Made by a program: the position numbers and the translations under genes. Source: Candidatus Daviesbacteria bacterium (GTDB lineage: Bacteria; Patescibacteriota; Microgenomatia; Daviesbacterales; UBA10151). From it: DNA of 64,000 bases. The notes beneath the pieces were generated by a model. That model did not search any database, was not told the origin of the DNA, and saw nothing but the letters and a program-made list of their open reading frames with translations. The stretch is taken from contig JACOXH010000002.1 of NCBI GenBank assembly GCA_016176415.1, forward strand, positions 32,072 through 96,071, read 5' to 3'. This document shows, one piece after another, positions 1 through 9,902 of this stretch (the stretch's first letter is position 1; each line of letters starts with the position of its first letter).

Positions 1-45
1 TGAGGGATTGTTTGGTAATTGGCTTTTTGTTAATATCTTTTGACG

Positions 46-702
46 ATGGACATCTACTGGTACGGACAAGCATGTTTTAAGATAAAAGGTAAAAATGCTA
101 CGGTAGTAATTGATCCATACGATCCCGAATATACAGGACTTAAAGCCCCAAAAGATTTACAGGCAGATGTAGTTTTAACTTCCCATGATCACAAAGACCA
201 CAATTTTGGCGGGTCGGTTACAACTTCTGCGGGCGTTAAACCAATGATTTTTAGTCAGCCCGGAGAATATGAAATAGGTGGGGCTGTGATTACCGGCATT
301 GATTCTTTTCATGATAATTCTCAAGGGTCAGAAAGAGGGAAGAATACTATTTTTCACCTGTTTTTTGATGGTTTGGACATTGTTCATTTGGGGGATTTAG
401 GACAGAGCAAGCTGACAGAAGAGCAGATTGCCCAAATAGGGGAAACTGATATTTTGCTGATTCCTGTAGGTTCAATTTATACTTTAGACGCAAAAGCTGC
501 TTCTGAAATTGTCTCACAGTTAGAACCTAAAATTATTATCCCCATGCATTACAAGATAGAAGGGTTGAAGTTTGAACTTGAAGGGGTAGAGGGGTTTTTG
601 AAGGAGATGGGGGCCGAACAGGCAGTAGCACAGCAGAAATTGTCTATTACCCGCGAGAAGTTGCCTGAAGAACCACAAGTGGTGGTACTAAATAAAAGCT
701 AA
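46..702 (+). CDS. MBL-fold metal-dependent hydrolase (UPF0173-like)
   Basis: ORF 40..702. It has an HxHxDH-type motif (SHDHKDH) and the typical N-terminus WYGQACFKI. ATG at 46 is preferred over TTG at 40. Confidence 0.7.
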   Translation: MDIYWYGQACFKIKGKNATVVIDPYDPEYTGLKAPKDLQADVVLTSHDHKDHNFGGSVTTSAGVKPMIFSQPGEYEIGGAVITGIDSFHDNSQGSERGKNTIFHLFFDGLDIVHLGDLGQSKLTEEQIAQIGETDILLIPVGSIYTLDAKAASEIVSQLEPKIIIPMHYKIEGLKFELEGVEGFLKEMGAEQAVAQQKLSITREKLPEEPQVVVLNKS

Positions 703-710
703 CTTAAAAT

Positions 711-800
711 TGTCATTCTGAGCAAAGCGAAGAATCTGTTTACTGGCCGATGGATACTCTTACCGAGATCCTTCACCGGCTTCGCCGGTTCAGGATGACA
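711..800. repeat. MITE-like palindromic element, copy A (TGTCATTCTGAG...TTCAGGATGACA)
   Basis: The termini are inverted repeats. It belongs to the same family as the copies at 26889, 51190, 53432 and 59837. The antisense ORF 699..932 is explained by this element. Confidence 0.7.
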
Positions 801-843
801 AAATATGTTAGAAAATTGTACACATTTTGTCAAATAACCAGAT

Positions 844-2181
844 ATGGCAAACGATCTTACTAAACTGCCGCCACAAAACATAGATGCGGAACAATCCCTT
901 TTGGGCGCTCTCTTAATTGATAAAGATGCCATAGTTCGTATTTCAGAGATACTTCATCCTTCAAACTTCTACAGAACAGACCAGCATGGCTTAATTTATG
1001 ATGCAATACAAAGTTTATTTGAAAGACGCGAACCAATAGATTTGGTAACTGTTACTGAAGAATTAAAGAGGAAAAGCGTTTATGATAAAGTAGGCGGTTC
1101 TGCATATTTGGCTTCTTTAGTTAATACAGTGCCCACTTCTGCTCACGTTGAACAATATGCCAAAATTATCAAAGGTCATGCTGTCAGACGCGCTCTTATT
1201 TCTCAGGCAACTTTTTTGGTTCAAAAAGCTTATGATGAGAAAGAAACTGTTGAGGATTTACTGGAAACTGCAGAAGCAGGAATTTTTGCCTTGTCACAGG
1301 AACATGTCAGCCGTGACTTTTTACCAATTAAAGATGCTTTAACTGAAAGTTTTGACCGTTTAGATGAGTTGCAAAAATCATCAGGAAAACTAAGAGGTGT
1401 GCCTACAGGTTTCAGGGATTTAGACAATAAACTGGCCGGTATGCAGAATTCTAATTTAATAATTTTGGCTTCCCGTCCCGGACAGGGTAAAACTTCTATG
1501 GCTTTAAACATTGCCCAATATGTAGCAGTATCAGCAGGGTTGCCTGTAGGGATTTTTTCTCTGGAAATGAGCCAGGAAGAATTGGTGGACAGGTTGTTGG
1601 TGGGGCAGGCAGATATTGATGCGTGGAAGTTAAAAACAGGCAAGCTTGACGAAAAAGATTTTGATAAATTATCTTTGGCTATGGGAGAGTTGGCAGAAGC
1701 GCCAATTTATATTGATGATACCCCGGGTATTACTATTTCTGAAATGAGAACTAAAGCCAGAAGGCTGCAAACAGAGCATGGACTCAAGTTTTTGATTGTG
1801 GATTATCTGCAGCTGGTTCATGGCAGGAATTTGGAAAACAGAGTGCAGGAAGTTTCAGAAATTTCCCAAAGCTTAAAGAATTTAGCAAGGGAACTTAAGG
1901 TTCCGGTATTGGCTATCTCTCAATTATCCAGAGCTGTAGAGCAAAGAGGAACCAGGAAACCACAACTGGCAGATTTAAGAGAATCAGGAGCAATAGAGCA
2001 GGATGCCGATGTGGTGATGTTTATTTACAGGGAAGATCCTGAACACCCTGAACAGGTGATTTTAGACATTCAAAAACACAGAAACGGGTCTGTAGGGGAG
2101 ATTCCTTTGATGTTTAAAGCAGACAGAACCAAGTTTTACGGAATGGAGAAAACCAGAACAAAACCTGCAGCAGCTGCATAA
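844..2181 (+). CDS. dnaB: replicative DNA helicase DnaB
   Basis: N-terminal PPQNIDAEQSLLGALL, Walker A SRPGQGKTS, IVDYLQL, and RESGAIEQDADVV. Its length (445 aa) means no intein. Confidence 0.95.
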   Translation: MANDLTKLPPQNIDAEQSLLGALLIDKDAIVRISEILHPSNFYRTDQHGLIYDAIQSLFERREPIDLVTVTEELKRKSVYDKVGGSAYLASLVNTVPTSAHVEQYAKIIKGHAVRRALISQATFLVQKAYDEKETVEDLLETAEAGIFALSQEHVSRDFLPIKDALTESFDRLDELQKSSGKLRGVPTGFRDLDNKLAGMQNSNLIILASRPGQGKTSMALNIAQYVAVSAGLPVGIFSLEMSQEELVDRLLVGQADIDAWKLKTGKLDEKDFDKLSLAMGELAEAPIYIDDTPGITISEMRTKARRLQTEHGLKFLIVDYLQLVHGRNLENRVQEVSEISQSLKNLARELKVPVLAISQLSRAVEQRGTRKPQLADLRESGAIEQDADVVMFIYREDPEHPEQVILDIQKHRNGSVGEIPLMFKADRTKFYGMEKTRTKPAAAA

Positions 2182-2206
2182 AGATTAAAATGTGCCGGAG
2201 GAGGGA

Positions 2207-2245
2207 GTTTTGCTTTGCAAACCATAGTTTCTGAAAGAAACTATG
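2207..2245. terminator. two adjacent hairpins between dnaB and the convergent tRNA-Leu
   Basis: GTTTTGC-TTT-GCAAAC and CATAGTTTC-TGAAA-GAAACTATG stems. There is no clear U-tract. Confidence 0.3.
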
Positions 2246-2261
2246 AGCGAACCCTCATGGG

Positions 2262-2346
2262 TGGCCAGGGAGAGAGTCGAACTCTCATGAGCTGTAAGGC
2301 TCAAAGGTTTTTGAGACCTTCGTGTCTGCCATTCCACCACCTGGCC
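2262..2346 (-). tRNA. tRNA-Leu (anticodon CAA)
   Basis: The manual cloverleaf has acceptor GGCCAGG/CCTGGCC, anticodon stem AAGGT/ACCTT with loop CTCAAAA, a long variable arm, T-arm GAGAG-TTCGACT-CTCTC, and discriminator A. CCA is not encoded. Confidence 0.9.
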
Positions 2347-2399
2347 GTTAACCGGTTTATTATATCAGCTTTGCCTTATCCCTCAAAGACTGGACAGGT

Positions 2400-4919
2400 A
2401 TGAGGCTTTGGGCTACACTTACGCGTATGAACAAAAGTGTCAGGCTGCCTGCTCATATCAAACCCGAGCGTTATGAAATAATCCTGCGGCCAAACCTGCA
2501 GGATTTTACTTTCACAGGGGAGGAAACAATCTTTTTTACAACCGATAAATCCATTAAAGAGATTACCCTGCATAGTGTTGATCTGGAAATTGAGTCGATG
2601 GGGGCCAAAATTAAATATGATAAAGCAAGTGAGACAGTAAGTTTAATTTTTCCAAAACCAATTCCAAAAGGCAAAGACAAGATTAAATTAACTTTTAAAG
2701 GAATCTTAAACGATAAAATGAGGGGTTTTTACCGAAGCCAATATACGCACGAAGAGGAAGTGAAGCACCTTGCTACAACCCAGTTTGAATCAACTGATGC
2801 CAGACGGGCTTTTCCCTGTTTTGATGAACCCGCTCAAAAGTCTATCTTTGATGTAACTTTAATGATCCCGTCTCACATGACTGCTATCTCAAATACTGTT
2901 GAATCTGAAGTTTGGGAGCATGAAACAGGAATAAAGGCTGTTAAATTTGAGTCCACTCCCAAAATGTCAGCCTACTTACTGGCTTTTATTGTGGGTGAGT
3001 TTGAGAGTGTGGAAAAGAAAAGCGAAAACGGCATACTGGTTCGCGTTTTTACTACCCCCGGGAAAAAAGAGCAGGGTAGATTTGCTTTGGATGTAGCCTG
3101 CAAATGTTTAGATTTTTATGAAGATTATTTTGGAATTAAATACCCTTTGCCTGTTTTGGATATGATTGCCATTCCTGATTTTGCTGCAGGAGCTATGGAA
3201 AATTGGGGGGCAGTAACTTACAGGGAGTCAAGACTTTTGATCGATGAAAATCTTTCATCTTCTGCCAATAAACAATGGGTAGCGCTCGTAATTGCTCATG
3301 AGTTGGCTCACCAGTGGTTTGGGAATTTAGTCACTATGGAGTGGTGGACTCATCTTTGGCTTAACGAAGGTTTTGCCTCTTTTATCGAATACCTTGCGAT
3401 TGATCACATCTTCCCAAAGTGGGATATTTGGACACAATTTGTAGCCACAGAAATGGGTGATGCATTTGCACTTGATTCTCTGGAAAATACTCATCCTATT
3501 GAGGTGGAAGTGGGTCATCCGGCAGAAATTTCAGAGATTTTTGATAAAGTCAGTTATGCCAAAGGTGCTTCTATTTTAAGAATGCTTATGTCTTATTTGG
3601 GAGATGAAGATTTTAGAAAGGGCCTGAAATTTTATCTTGAAAAATATGCTTATTCAAATGCCAAAACCGAAGATTTGTGGGCATCGCTTGAGGCAGTTTC
3701 AGGTAAACCTGTTGGAAAGATTATGCAAAACTGGACAAGTAAGCCGGGACATCCGGTAGTTAGGGTACAGGGTATAAGCAAGCTTGCCCCGAACGATATC
3801 GGGGTAGGGGATAGGGTAGAGTTAACACAGAGCAGATTTTTTTCAAGCGCAGTTTCCAAAAAGCAGGTAAAAGATACTACTGTTTGGTCAATCCCGTTAA
3901 ATGGCTGTTTAATGGACAAAAATACTATAGGGATTCCTGCAACAGGGGAAAAATTAAACAAAGGCGAAACATCTCTGGTGAGGATTGCTTATCCCAAAGG
4001 TTATCTGAAAGATGAGCTGGGTCCATCTGACAGACTGGGAATAATAAGAGATGCTTTTGATCTGGCTCAGGCAGGGGAAACTGAAACAGCAGATGCTTTA
4101 GAATTGGCTTCAACTTACACGGCGGAAAAAGATTACACTGTCTGGGCTGAAATCACTTCTCAAATCAGTAAAGTTGATTCATTACTTGCTTATGAAGGTT
4201 TTTATTCTGATTTTATGAGTTATGGCCAGAAACTTTATCAGGATATAGCAAAGAGAATGGGATGGGAAAAGAAAGCAGGCGAGAGTCATACAGATTCACT
4301 TCTCAGGGGGATGGTTTTGTATAAATTAGGCAGTTTTGGGGACGGGGAAACTATAAAAAAGGCACAGGAATTGTTTGGAAAAAACATAGACCCTGATTTA
4401 AGGGGGATTGTTTATAATTTGGTTGCAGAAAACGGGGAAGAGAAAGAATATCAGCAGTTGATCCAGATGTACAAAGATGAATCAAATCAGCAGGAAAAAG
4501 ACAGGATCGGCAGAAGTTTGGGGTTATTTAAATCAGAAAAGATTTTGGGCAAAGCTTTGCAGTTTTCAATCTCAAAATTTGTCAGATACCAAAACAGTTT
4601 GCAAATTATTGCCTCTGTCTGGACTAATCCCAGGGGGAGATATTTGGCATGGGAATTTGTGAAAGCAAACTGGCAGATGCTAAAAGAAAGATATGCCGGC
4701 GGGCATTATTTTACTAAAGTGTTTGGTCCTGCGGGGGAGTTTACAAAACTTTCTGATGCCAAAGACATAGAAAAGTTTGTTAAAGCAAATCCTACTCCAG
4801 AGGCTAAAAGAACCATAGCTCAGGCTTTAGAACAGATTTACTCAAATGCTGACTGGTTAAAAAGAGACAGGGAAAATATTAAAAAGTTTTTGGAAAAATC
4901 TGAGCCTGAAGGGTTTTAA
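2400..4919 (+). CDS. pepN: M1-family aminopeptidase N
   Basis: GAMENWG exopeptidase motif and the HELAHQWFGN...WLNEGFA zinc site. An alternative start is ATG 2427 (MNKSVRLP). Confidence 0.9.
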   Translation: MRLWATLTRMNKSVRLPAHIKPERYEIILRPNLQDFTFTGEETIFFTTDKSIKEITLHSVDLEIESMGAKIKYDKASETVSLIFPKPIPKGKDKIKLTFKGILNDKMRGFYRSQYTHEEEVKHLATTQFESTDARRAFPCFDEPAQKSIFDVTLMIPSHMTAISNTVESEVWEHETGIKAVKFESTPKMSAYLLAFIVGEFESVEKKSENGILVRVFTTPGKKEQGRFALDVACKCLDFYEDYFGIKYPLPVLDMIAIPDFAAGAMENWGAVTYRESRLLIDENLSSSANKQWVALVIAHELAHQWFGNLVTMEWWTHLWLNEGFASFIEYLAIDHIFPKWDIWTQFVATEMGDAFALDSLENTHPIEVEVGHPAEISEIFDKVSYAKGASILRMLMSYLGDEDFRKGLKFYLEKYAYSNAKTEDLWASLEAVSGKPVGKIMQNWTSKPGHPVVRVQGISKLAPNDIGVGDRVELTQSRFFSSAVSKKQVKDTTVWSIPLNGCLMDKNTIGIPATGEKLNKGETSLVRIAYPKGYLKDELGPSDRLGIIRDAFDLAQAGETETADALELASTYTAEKDYTVWAEITSQISKVDSLLAYEGFYSDFMSYGQKLYQDIAKRMGWEKKAGESHTDSLLRGMVLYKLGSFGDGETIKKAQELFGKNIDPDLRGIVYNLVAENGEEKEYQQLIQMYKDESNQQEKDRIGRSLGLFKSEKILGKALQFSISKFVRYQNSLQIIASVWTNPRGRYLAWEFVKANWQMLKERYAGGHYFTKVFGPAGEFTKLSDAKDIEKFVKANPTPEAKRTIAQALEQIYSNADWLKRDRENIKKFLEKSEPEGF

Positions 4920-4960
4920 AAATCCTGGGGTGCAGATACACTTTCACCCCTAGGGTGGAA
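4920..4960. repeat. REP-like palindromic unit (CCTGGGGTG-N12-CACCCCTAGGGTG)
   Basis: It lies between the convergent genes pepN and DUF1684. The same unit occurs at 24481, 25222 and 20661. Confidence 0.7.
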
Positions 4961-4969
4961 GGATGTATT

Positions 4970-5503
4970 TTACTTATATTTTTTTTCTCCAGCAGCAATT
5001 GCTACCGGCAATATATTTTCCCCGGGAGTTATTGGACAATCCCAATTATCATTGTAAGAGCTATAAGGATTATAAGCGTAGTTAAAATCTATTATTAGCT
5101 TGTCTCCTTTTTTAGGAATCTGTAACATTCTGCCATTCTCATAGGTTTCTTTACCTGTAGTCTGATCTCTGAACAATAAATAGTATTGGAATTGTTCTTG
5201 TTCAGGATCCTCAAAAACAATGGCTTCAACTTTCTTTCCTCCTACACTGAACTTTACCTCGCCAGCTTTTAGATAGATTTGCTTATCATCTCCGGTAGTT
5301 CTAATTATTGCTTTCTCCCCAACGCCAGGAATATTTTTATTGAGTTCCAGCTCAAAACTTAAGCCGGGATTTGGAGGATAGTAATTTAAGCCTTTAAAAT
5401 TGTTCTTTTGTTTATCAGTCAAAGGGGACTGTTTATCATTTTTCCAGGCATAATTCTTTTGTTTCCTAAATTGTAGTAACTTATTCTCGTCGTACATAGT
5501 CAA
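4970..5503 (-). CDS. DUF1684-like protein
   Basis: Recognised by overall sequence pattern (FRKQKNYAWKND..SPL...F.GLNYYPPNP; NPYSSYNDNWDCP). The function is unknown. Confidence 0.55.
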   Translation of the reverse strand: MTMYDENKLLQFRKQKNYAWKNDKQSPLTDKQKNNFKGLNYYPPNPGLSFELELNKNIPGVGEKAIIRTTGDDKQIYLKAGEVKFSVGGKKVEAIVFEDPEQEQFQYYLLFRDQTTGKETYENGRMLQIPKKGDKLIIDFNYAYNPYSSYNDNWDCPITPGENILPVAIAAGEKKYK

Positions 5504-5509
5504 TTTATT

Positions 5510-6856
5510 TTATTTAACATCAAAAAAAGCATTTTGCAACCATTCCGGCAGGGCTGGGTGGACATAAACAGAATTTGCAACAGCATTAACTGTCCCATTA
5601 GCTTTCATAGCCACAATCGCCTCATGGATCAAAATAGTGGCATCAGGACCGATAATATGAACCCCTAAAATATTTCTTTTCTCATCAGATAACACTTTAG
5701 CCAAACCATCCTCTTGCAGAGCTCCACCCATACCAGTATCTTTTAAATAGGCTCTGCCAACTTTATACTTAACTCTTTCCTTTTTAAGTTCCTGTTCAGT
5801 TTTGCCGACACCGCCGATCTGAGGAGAAGAAAAGATTGCATGGCCAATGGCAAATGGATCAAAAGCAATTTTTTGATCTGTAAAACCATTCCTGATAGCA
5901 AAAAGGGCCTGGTCATTGGCTGCATGCCTGAAAGGTAAAATCCCGATTATATCTCCAAAAGCCCAAATACCTTCTACATTAGTTTGAAGATATTCATTAA
6001 CCTTAATATATCCTTTTTTATCCATCTTAACTCCGGTTTTTTTAACATCTAAAATATCTGTATTAGATACCCTCCCGGTTGCTACCAGTAACTGGTCTGA
6101 TTCTAGTATTTGGCTACTACCCCTAAGTTTTATGGAAAATTTGTTGTTCCGGTATGATACAGTTTCTGCTTCAGTGTTAAACAGGATCTGATATTTTTTA
6201 GAAAATTCGCGGGTAAACCAATCTGCAATTTCATCATCCTCATTATCAAGCATCCTGTCACTGCGGACTAAAATTGTTATCTTAGTTCCCAATGCTCCGT
6301 AAAAATGAGCCAGTTCCGCTGCAATATAACCGCCACCGATGATTACTAAATACTTCGGTTGACCAGTTAGCCTTAGGGCTTTGGTGCTATCAAGAAAGGG
6401 AGTATCTTCTAAACCCGGAATTGCCGGGATAGCAGGGCGGCTGCCTCCAACTATAAAAACTTTATCTGCTTCAATTTGCTCTGATCCAACTTGCATTTGC
6501 CTAGGCCCGATAAATTTACTCCTAATTTTATAAAGAATAGGGTTTAAAGATTTTCTGACAGCCTTTTCAATACCCGCAGAGTCTGTATCCACCACATCCG
6601 AAACTCTTTTTACGATTGAGGCAAAATCAATCCCTTCTATTTTGCTTTTTATGCCAAACTTCCCGCTGCTTTTGATTATTTCAGCTACATCTCCCGCATG
6701 GATTAACATTTTAGAAGGTATGCAACCTCTGTTCAGGCAAGTTCCGCCGAGTGGCCCTTCCTCAATTAAGGCTGCTGATAAATTATGTTCTGCAGCATAT
6801 GAGGCGATCTCCAGTCCGGCTCCTGAACCTACTACAATTACATCAAATTTTCTCAT
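5510..6856 (-). CDS. class I FAD-dependent pyridine nucleotide-disulfide oxidoreductase (dihydrolipoyl dehydrogenase / mycothione reductase-like)
   Basis: FAD-binding VVGSGAGL, the redox-active GGTCLNRGCIPSK, a second Rossmann IIGGGYIAAE, and a C-terminal HPALPE. Confidence 0.8.
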   Translation of the reverse strand: MRKFDVIVVGSGAGLEIASYAAEHNLSAALIEEGPLGGTCLNRGCIPSKMLIHAGDVAEIIKSSGKFGIKSKIEGIDFASIVKRVSDVVDTDSAGIEKAVRKSLNPILYKIRSKFIGPRQMQVGSEQIEADKVFIVGGSRPAIPAIPGLEDTPFLDSTKALRLTGQPKYLVIIGGGYIAAELAHFYGALGTKITILVRSDRMLDNEDDEIADWFTREFSKKYQILFNTEAETVSYRNNKFSIKLRGSSQILESDQLLVATGRVSNTDILDVKKTGVKMDKKGYIKVNEYLQTNVEGIWAFGDIIGILPFRHAANDQALFAIRNGFTDQKIAFDPFAIGHAIFSSPQIGGVGKTEQELKKERVKYKVGRAYLKDTGMGGALQEDGLAKVLSDEKRNILGVHIIGPDATILIHEAIVAMKANGTVNAVANSVYVHPALPEWLQNAFFDVK

Positions 6857-6978
6857 TCCTCTAAGGATATCCTGTTAAAGGATTAAATTATGTAAAAATA
6901 TTGTATCAATTTTGTAAATGATAGGGAAGAAAAAATCTTATACTTTAGCTTCTTGTGTATAAATGTTAAAATTCTAAG

Positions 6979-7031
6979 ATTATATCAGCAGGTCGCCTTG
7001 AATAAATTCAATGGCGCTCCTCTGATATAAT
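6979..7031. promoter_or_regulatory. 53-nt near-perfect palindrome in the divergent promoter region upstream of efp
   Basis: The sequence is ATTATATCAGcAGGtCGCC-TTGAATAAATTCAA-tGGCGcTCCTCTGATATAAT. The right arm ends in TATAAT, 19 nt before the efp ATG. Confidence 0.4.
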
Positions 7032-7049
7032 TTTCGTAGGACTCAAATT

Positions 7050-7613
7050 ATGGCGCTTAATGTTACGGATTTAAGAAACGGTACTTTTTATAAAGAGGGT
7101 AAAGAAATTCTGTTGGTTTTAACTTATGAACATGTTAAAACAGGCAGGGGTTCAGGCAATATTAAACTGAAGGTCAGGAATATCCGCACAGGAGCAGTTG
7201 TTGAAAAATCTTTTATCACCGGAGCTCGGGTTGATGAAGCTTCTGTAGAGAAGAAAAAAGCCCAGTTTTTATACCGCGACGGTGATATCTTTAATTTTAT
7301 GGATCCTCAATCTTTTGAACAGTTTTCCATTTCCTCACAAGTAATTGGTGATCAGGCTAAATATTTAAAAGACGGGTTGGAAGTATTGTTGATTGTTTCA
7401 GAAGGAGAAGCCTTGGGGTTGGAGTTGCCAATGAGTTTAGTTTATTCTATTTCTGAAACAGGACCCGGAGAAAAAGGTAACTCTGTTTCCAATGTGTTTA
7501 AAGAAGCTGTTTTGGATAATGGTTTGGTAGTCAAAGTACCTATGTTTATGAATATTGGAGAGAAAGTAAAAGTTGATACCCGCTCTGGTCAGTATATCGA
7601 ACGGGTTAAGTAA
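7050..7613 (+). CDS. efp: elongation factor P
   Basis: 187 aa, with the typical N-terminus DLRNGTFY...HVKTGRGSGNIKLKVRN. Confidence 0.9.
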   Translation: MALNVTDLRNGTFYKEGKEILLVLTYEHVKTGRGSGNIKLKVRNIRTGAVVEKSFITGARVDEASVEKKKAQFLYRDGDIFNFMDPQSFEQFSISSQVIGDQAKYLKDGLEVLLIVSEGEALGLELPMSLVYSISETGPGEKGNSVSNVFKEAVLDNGLVVKVPMFMNIGEKVKVDTRSGQYIERVK

Positions 7614-7630
7614 GTGGTATTATTATTTTT

Positions 7631-8515
7631 ATGGCAAAGATAACTAAAGCATTAATACCTGCTGCTGGATTTGGTACCCGTTTCCTTCCTCAAACCAAGG
7701 CCATGCCCAAGGAGATGCTTCCTATTGTGGACAAGCCTGTTATCCAGTATGTAGTAGAAGAAAGTGTAAATTCAGGTATTGAAGATATTGTGATTGTGAC
7801 AGGTTCTACCAAAAGAGCAATTGAAGATCATTTCGATGCTCCTAATCAGGATTTGGTGCAAAATTTAGTTAACGGTCAAAAAGAAGAGATGCTTGCTAAA
7901 GTAAAACGCATTTCGGAGATGGCCAATTTTATTTATATCAGACAAAAAGGTCTTTATGGCAACGGTACTCCTGTGTTATCAGGAGAAGCTGTAATAGGTA
8001 ACGAGCCTTTTGCAGTGCTTTGGGGTGATGAGTTTATTTATTCTGACCCTCCCAGGCTTTTGCAAATGCTCAAAGTTCATGAAAAATACGGCGGTATTGT
8101 AATTTCCGGTGTCAGAATTCCCAGAAAAGAAGACTTAAAAAGATATGGCATTGCAGATTTAGAACCGGTAGAGGGTAATGTTTACAAAATCAAAGCTATT
8201 GTAGAGAAACCTGATCCTGATAAGGCTCCTTCCAACATCGCTACACACGGGGCTTATATTTTGCCTCCTGAAATTTTTGCTGCCCTGAAAAAACTAAAAG
8301 CCGGTCAGGGTGAAGAAGTCTGGTTGGTTGATGCAATTAATATGCTCAAAGATGAGGGTGTGCCTTTGTATGCTGTAGAAATAGAAAATGGTAAATATTA
8401 CGATACCGGAAATAAACTTGAATATATGAAGACTGTGGTGGATTTGGCCTGTCAGCATCCTGAAATAGGCGGGGAATTTACCAGCTATTTAAAAGGTCTA
8501 GTGGACAAATCTTAA
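7631..8515 (+). CDS. galU: UTP--glucose-1-phosphate uridylyltransferase
   Basis: KALIPAAGFGTRFLPQTKAMPKEMLPIVDKP signature. Confidence 0.9.
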   Translation: MAKITKALIPAAGFGTRFLPQTKAMPKEMLPIVDKPVIQYVVEESVNSGIEDIVIVTGSTKRAIEDHFDAPNQDLVQNLVNGQKEEMLAKVKRISEMANFIYIRQKGLYGNGTPVLSGEAVIGNEPFAVLWGDEFIYSDPPRLLQMLKVHEKYGGIVISGVRIPRKEDLKRYGIADLEPVEGNVYKIKAIVEKPDPDKAPSNIATHGAYILPPEIFAALKKLKAGQGEEVWLVDAINMLKDEGVPLYAVEIENGKYYDTGNKLEYMKTVVDLACQHPEIGGEFTSYLKGLVDKS

Positions 8516-8941
8516 AACCCCTATGATGCTGCCAACTGTGGCAGCCTGCGTAACAATACCCCAGGGCATTTTGGCTCTTCCGTTGGTATGGTGGCCAAAA
8601 CGGTAAAAGGTAGAAAATGGAAAAAACTTCCAGTTAAATAAAAGATAAGGCATTTGCAGGATATCCCAGGATTCGGAAATAAAAATAGCCATAAATAAAT
8701 ATAAAGTATCAGTGGTTTTACCAAACAGAGCATAAGTAATAACTACTCCCAGTGCTAAATCTGCTGCAGATTGAATCAGGAGCACTGCTTTTTTCTTGCT
8801 TTTCCAGCCCAAACCAAAATCCCAGTGGGGGATCATGTCTACTAATGGGTGAGAAGCAGCAGCAAGAGGGATGCCTATGGCAGGGTTGGAAATGGAAGCA
8901 GCAATTGCTCCTCCTATAATAGCGTGCGCGGTAGCTGTCAT
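8498..8941 (-). CDS. multi-pass membrane protein (possibly a YdjM/DUF457-like membrane hydrolase)
   Basis: It has hydrophobic segments and conserved His residues (HPLVDMIPHWD, GHHTNG). The family assignment is tentative. Confidence 0.4.
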   Translation of the reverse strand: MTATAHAIIGGAIAASISNPAIGIPLAAASHPLVDMIPHWDFGLGWKSKKKAVLLIQSAADLALGVVITYALFGKTTDTLYLFMAIFISESWDILQMPYLLFNWKFFPFSTFYRFGHHTNGRAKMPWGIVTQAATVGSIIGVLRFVH

Positions 8942-9011
8942 ATCGTCGTCTTTTCAGTATACCCTTTCTGTCAATTTGCTTCAAATATAATGTTATGGTA
9001 CCCTTACCCTT

Positions 9012-9902
9012 ATGTTTCCGGTACTTTTCTCAATAGGGGCGATAAGCGTCTCTTCTTTTGGAGTGTTTTTGGCTTTTGGATTTTTATTGGGACTGTTTTT
9101 AGTATGGAGGCTTTGCAGGGCGTGGGATTTAAATGAAGAGAAGGTTTTGGATTTGACACTGCTTACTTTTGTGGGAGGATTAATAGGAGCAAGGGTTTAT
9201 TTTGCTGTTTCCAACTGGCAGTTTTTTGCATCATCCCCTTTAAGCTTAATTTTAATTAATAAAGTGCCCGGTTTTTCTTTTTGGGGGGGGATTTTGGGAG
9301 GGTGGTTAACATTGTTTTATCTGGCCAGACGCTACAAAATGAATTTTTGGCAGCTTGCAGATATAGCAGTAGTTGGGCTTTTAGGAGGATTAGTTTTATC
9401 TGATATAGGTTGTTTTTTGGGTGGCTGCAATAGCGGTTCTGTTTCAAAAACTTTTATTGCTGTAAGCCAGGCGGGTTTGATTGGTAAAAGGTGGCCTGTA
9501 CAAATAATGGAAGCTTTTCTGCTTTGGATGAGTTTGATGAAGGTTTGGTCAAAGGCTTTGCACTTTCACCAGACAGGTAAAATAGCAAGCCTTGGGTTTA
9601 TATACATAGGGGTAATCAGATTAATTTTGGAGCCCTTAAGACAGGATCATTCAGGGGTATTTTTCTCTGCTGTTTTATTTATTTTAGGTTTAACTATTTA
9701 CTTTAGGGTTACAAAACAAGATCCAGTCACTTATTTTAAGAGTGTGATAAAGGTAGGGACAGGCGTTTTTACTGATGCAACAGTCAGAACCAGGGTAGTG
9801 CAAAATATCCGCCAGAGTTGGTATAATCAAAAAACCGTTGTCAGCTGGAAGGCAAGGAATTTAAAGAAATTATTACGGAGATCAAATGTTAAACTTTCCT
9901 AA
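9012..9902 (+). CDS. lgt: prolipoprotein diacylglyceryl transferase-like
   Basis: Lgt-like N-terminus (FSIGAISVSSFGVFLAFGFLLG), a multi-pass membrane profile, and GARVYF. Confidence 0.6.
   Translation: MFPVLFSIGAISVSSFGVFLAFGFLLGLFLVWRLCRAWDLNEEKVLDLTLLTFVGGLIGARVYFAVSNWQFFASSPLSLILINKVPGFSFWGGILGGWLTLFYLARRYKMNFWQLADIAVVGLLGGLVLSDIGCFLGGCNSGSVSKTFIAVSQAGLIGKRWPVQIMEAFLLWMSLMKVWSKALHFHQTGKIASLGFIYIGVIRLILEPLRQDHSGVFFSAVLFILGLTIYFRVTKQDPVTYFKSVIKVGTGVFTDATVRTRVVQNIRQSWYNQKTVVSWKARNLKKLLRRSNVKLS

Noticed and set aside
699-932. The supplied minus-strand ORF of 77 aa.
   Set aside because: It runs through MITE-like copy A and overlaps the dnaB start. Its HPEPAKP.. and ..LRMTILS peptides are the typical spurious translations of this repeat.
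2182-2261. I considered a possible second tRNA or tRNA-like element next to tRNA-Leu (an ATGAG-GGTTCG-CTCAT stem on the minus strand).
   Set aside because: The loop is 6 nt rather than a 7-nt T-loop. No acceptor, D or anticodon arms can be drawn. It is better explained as terminator-type hairpins between convergent genes.
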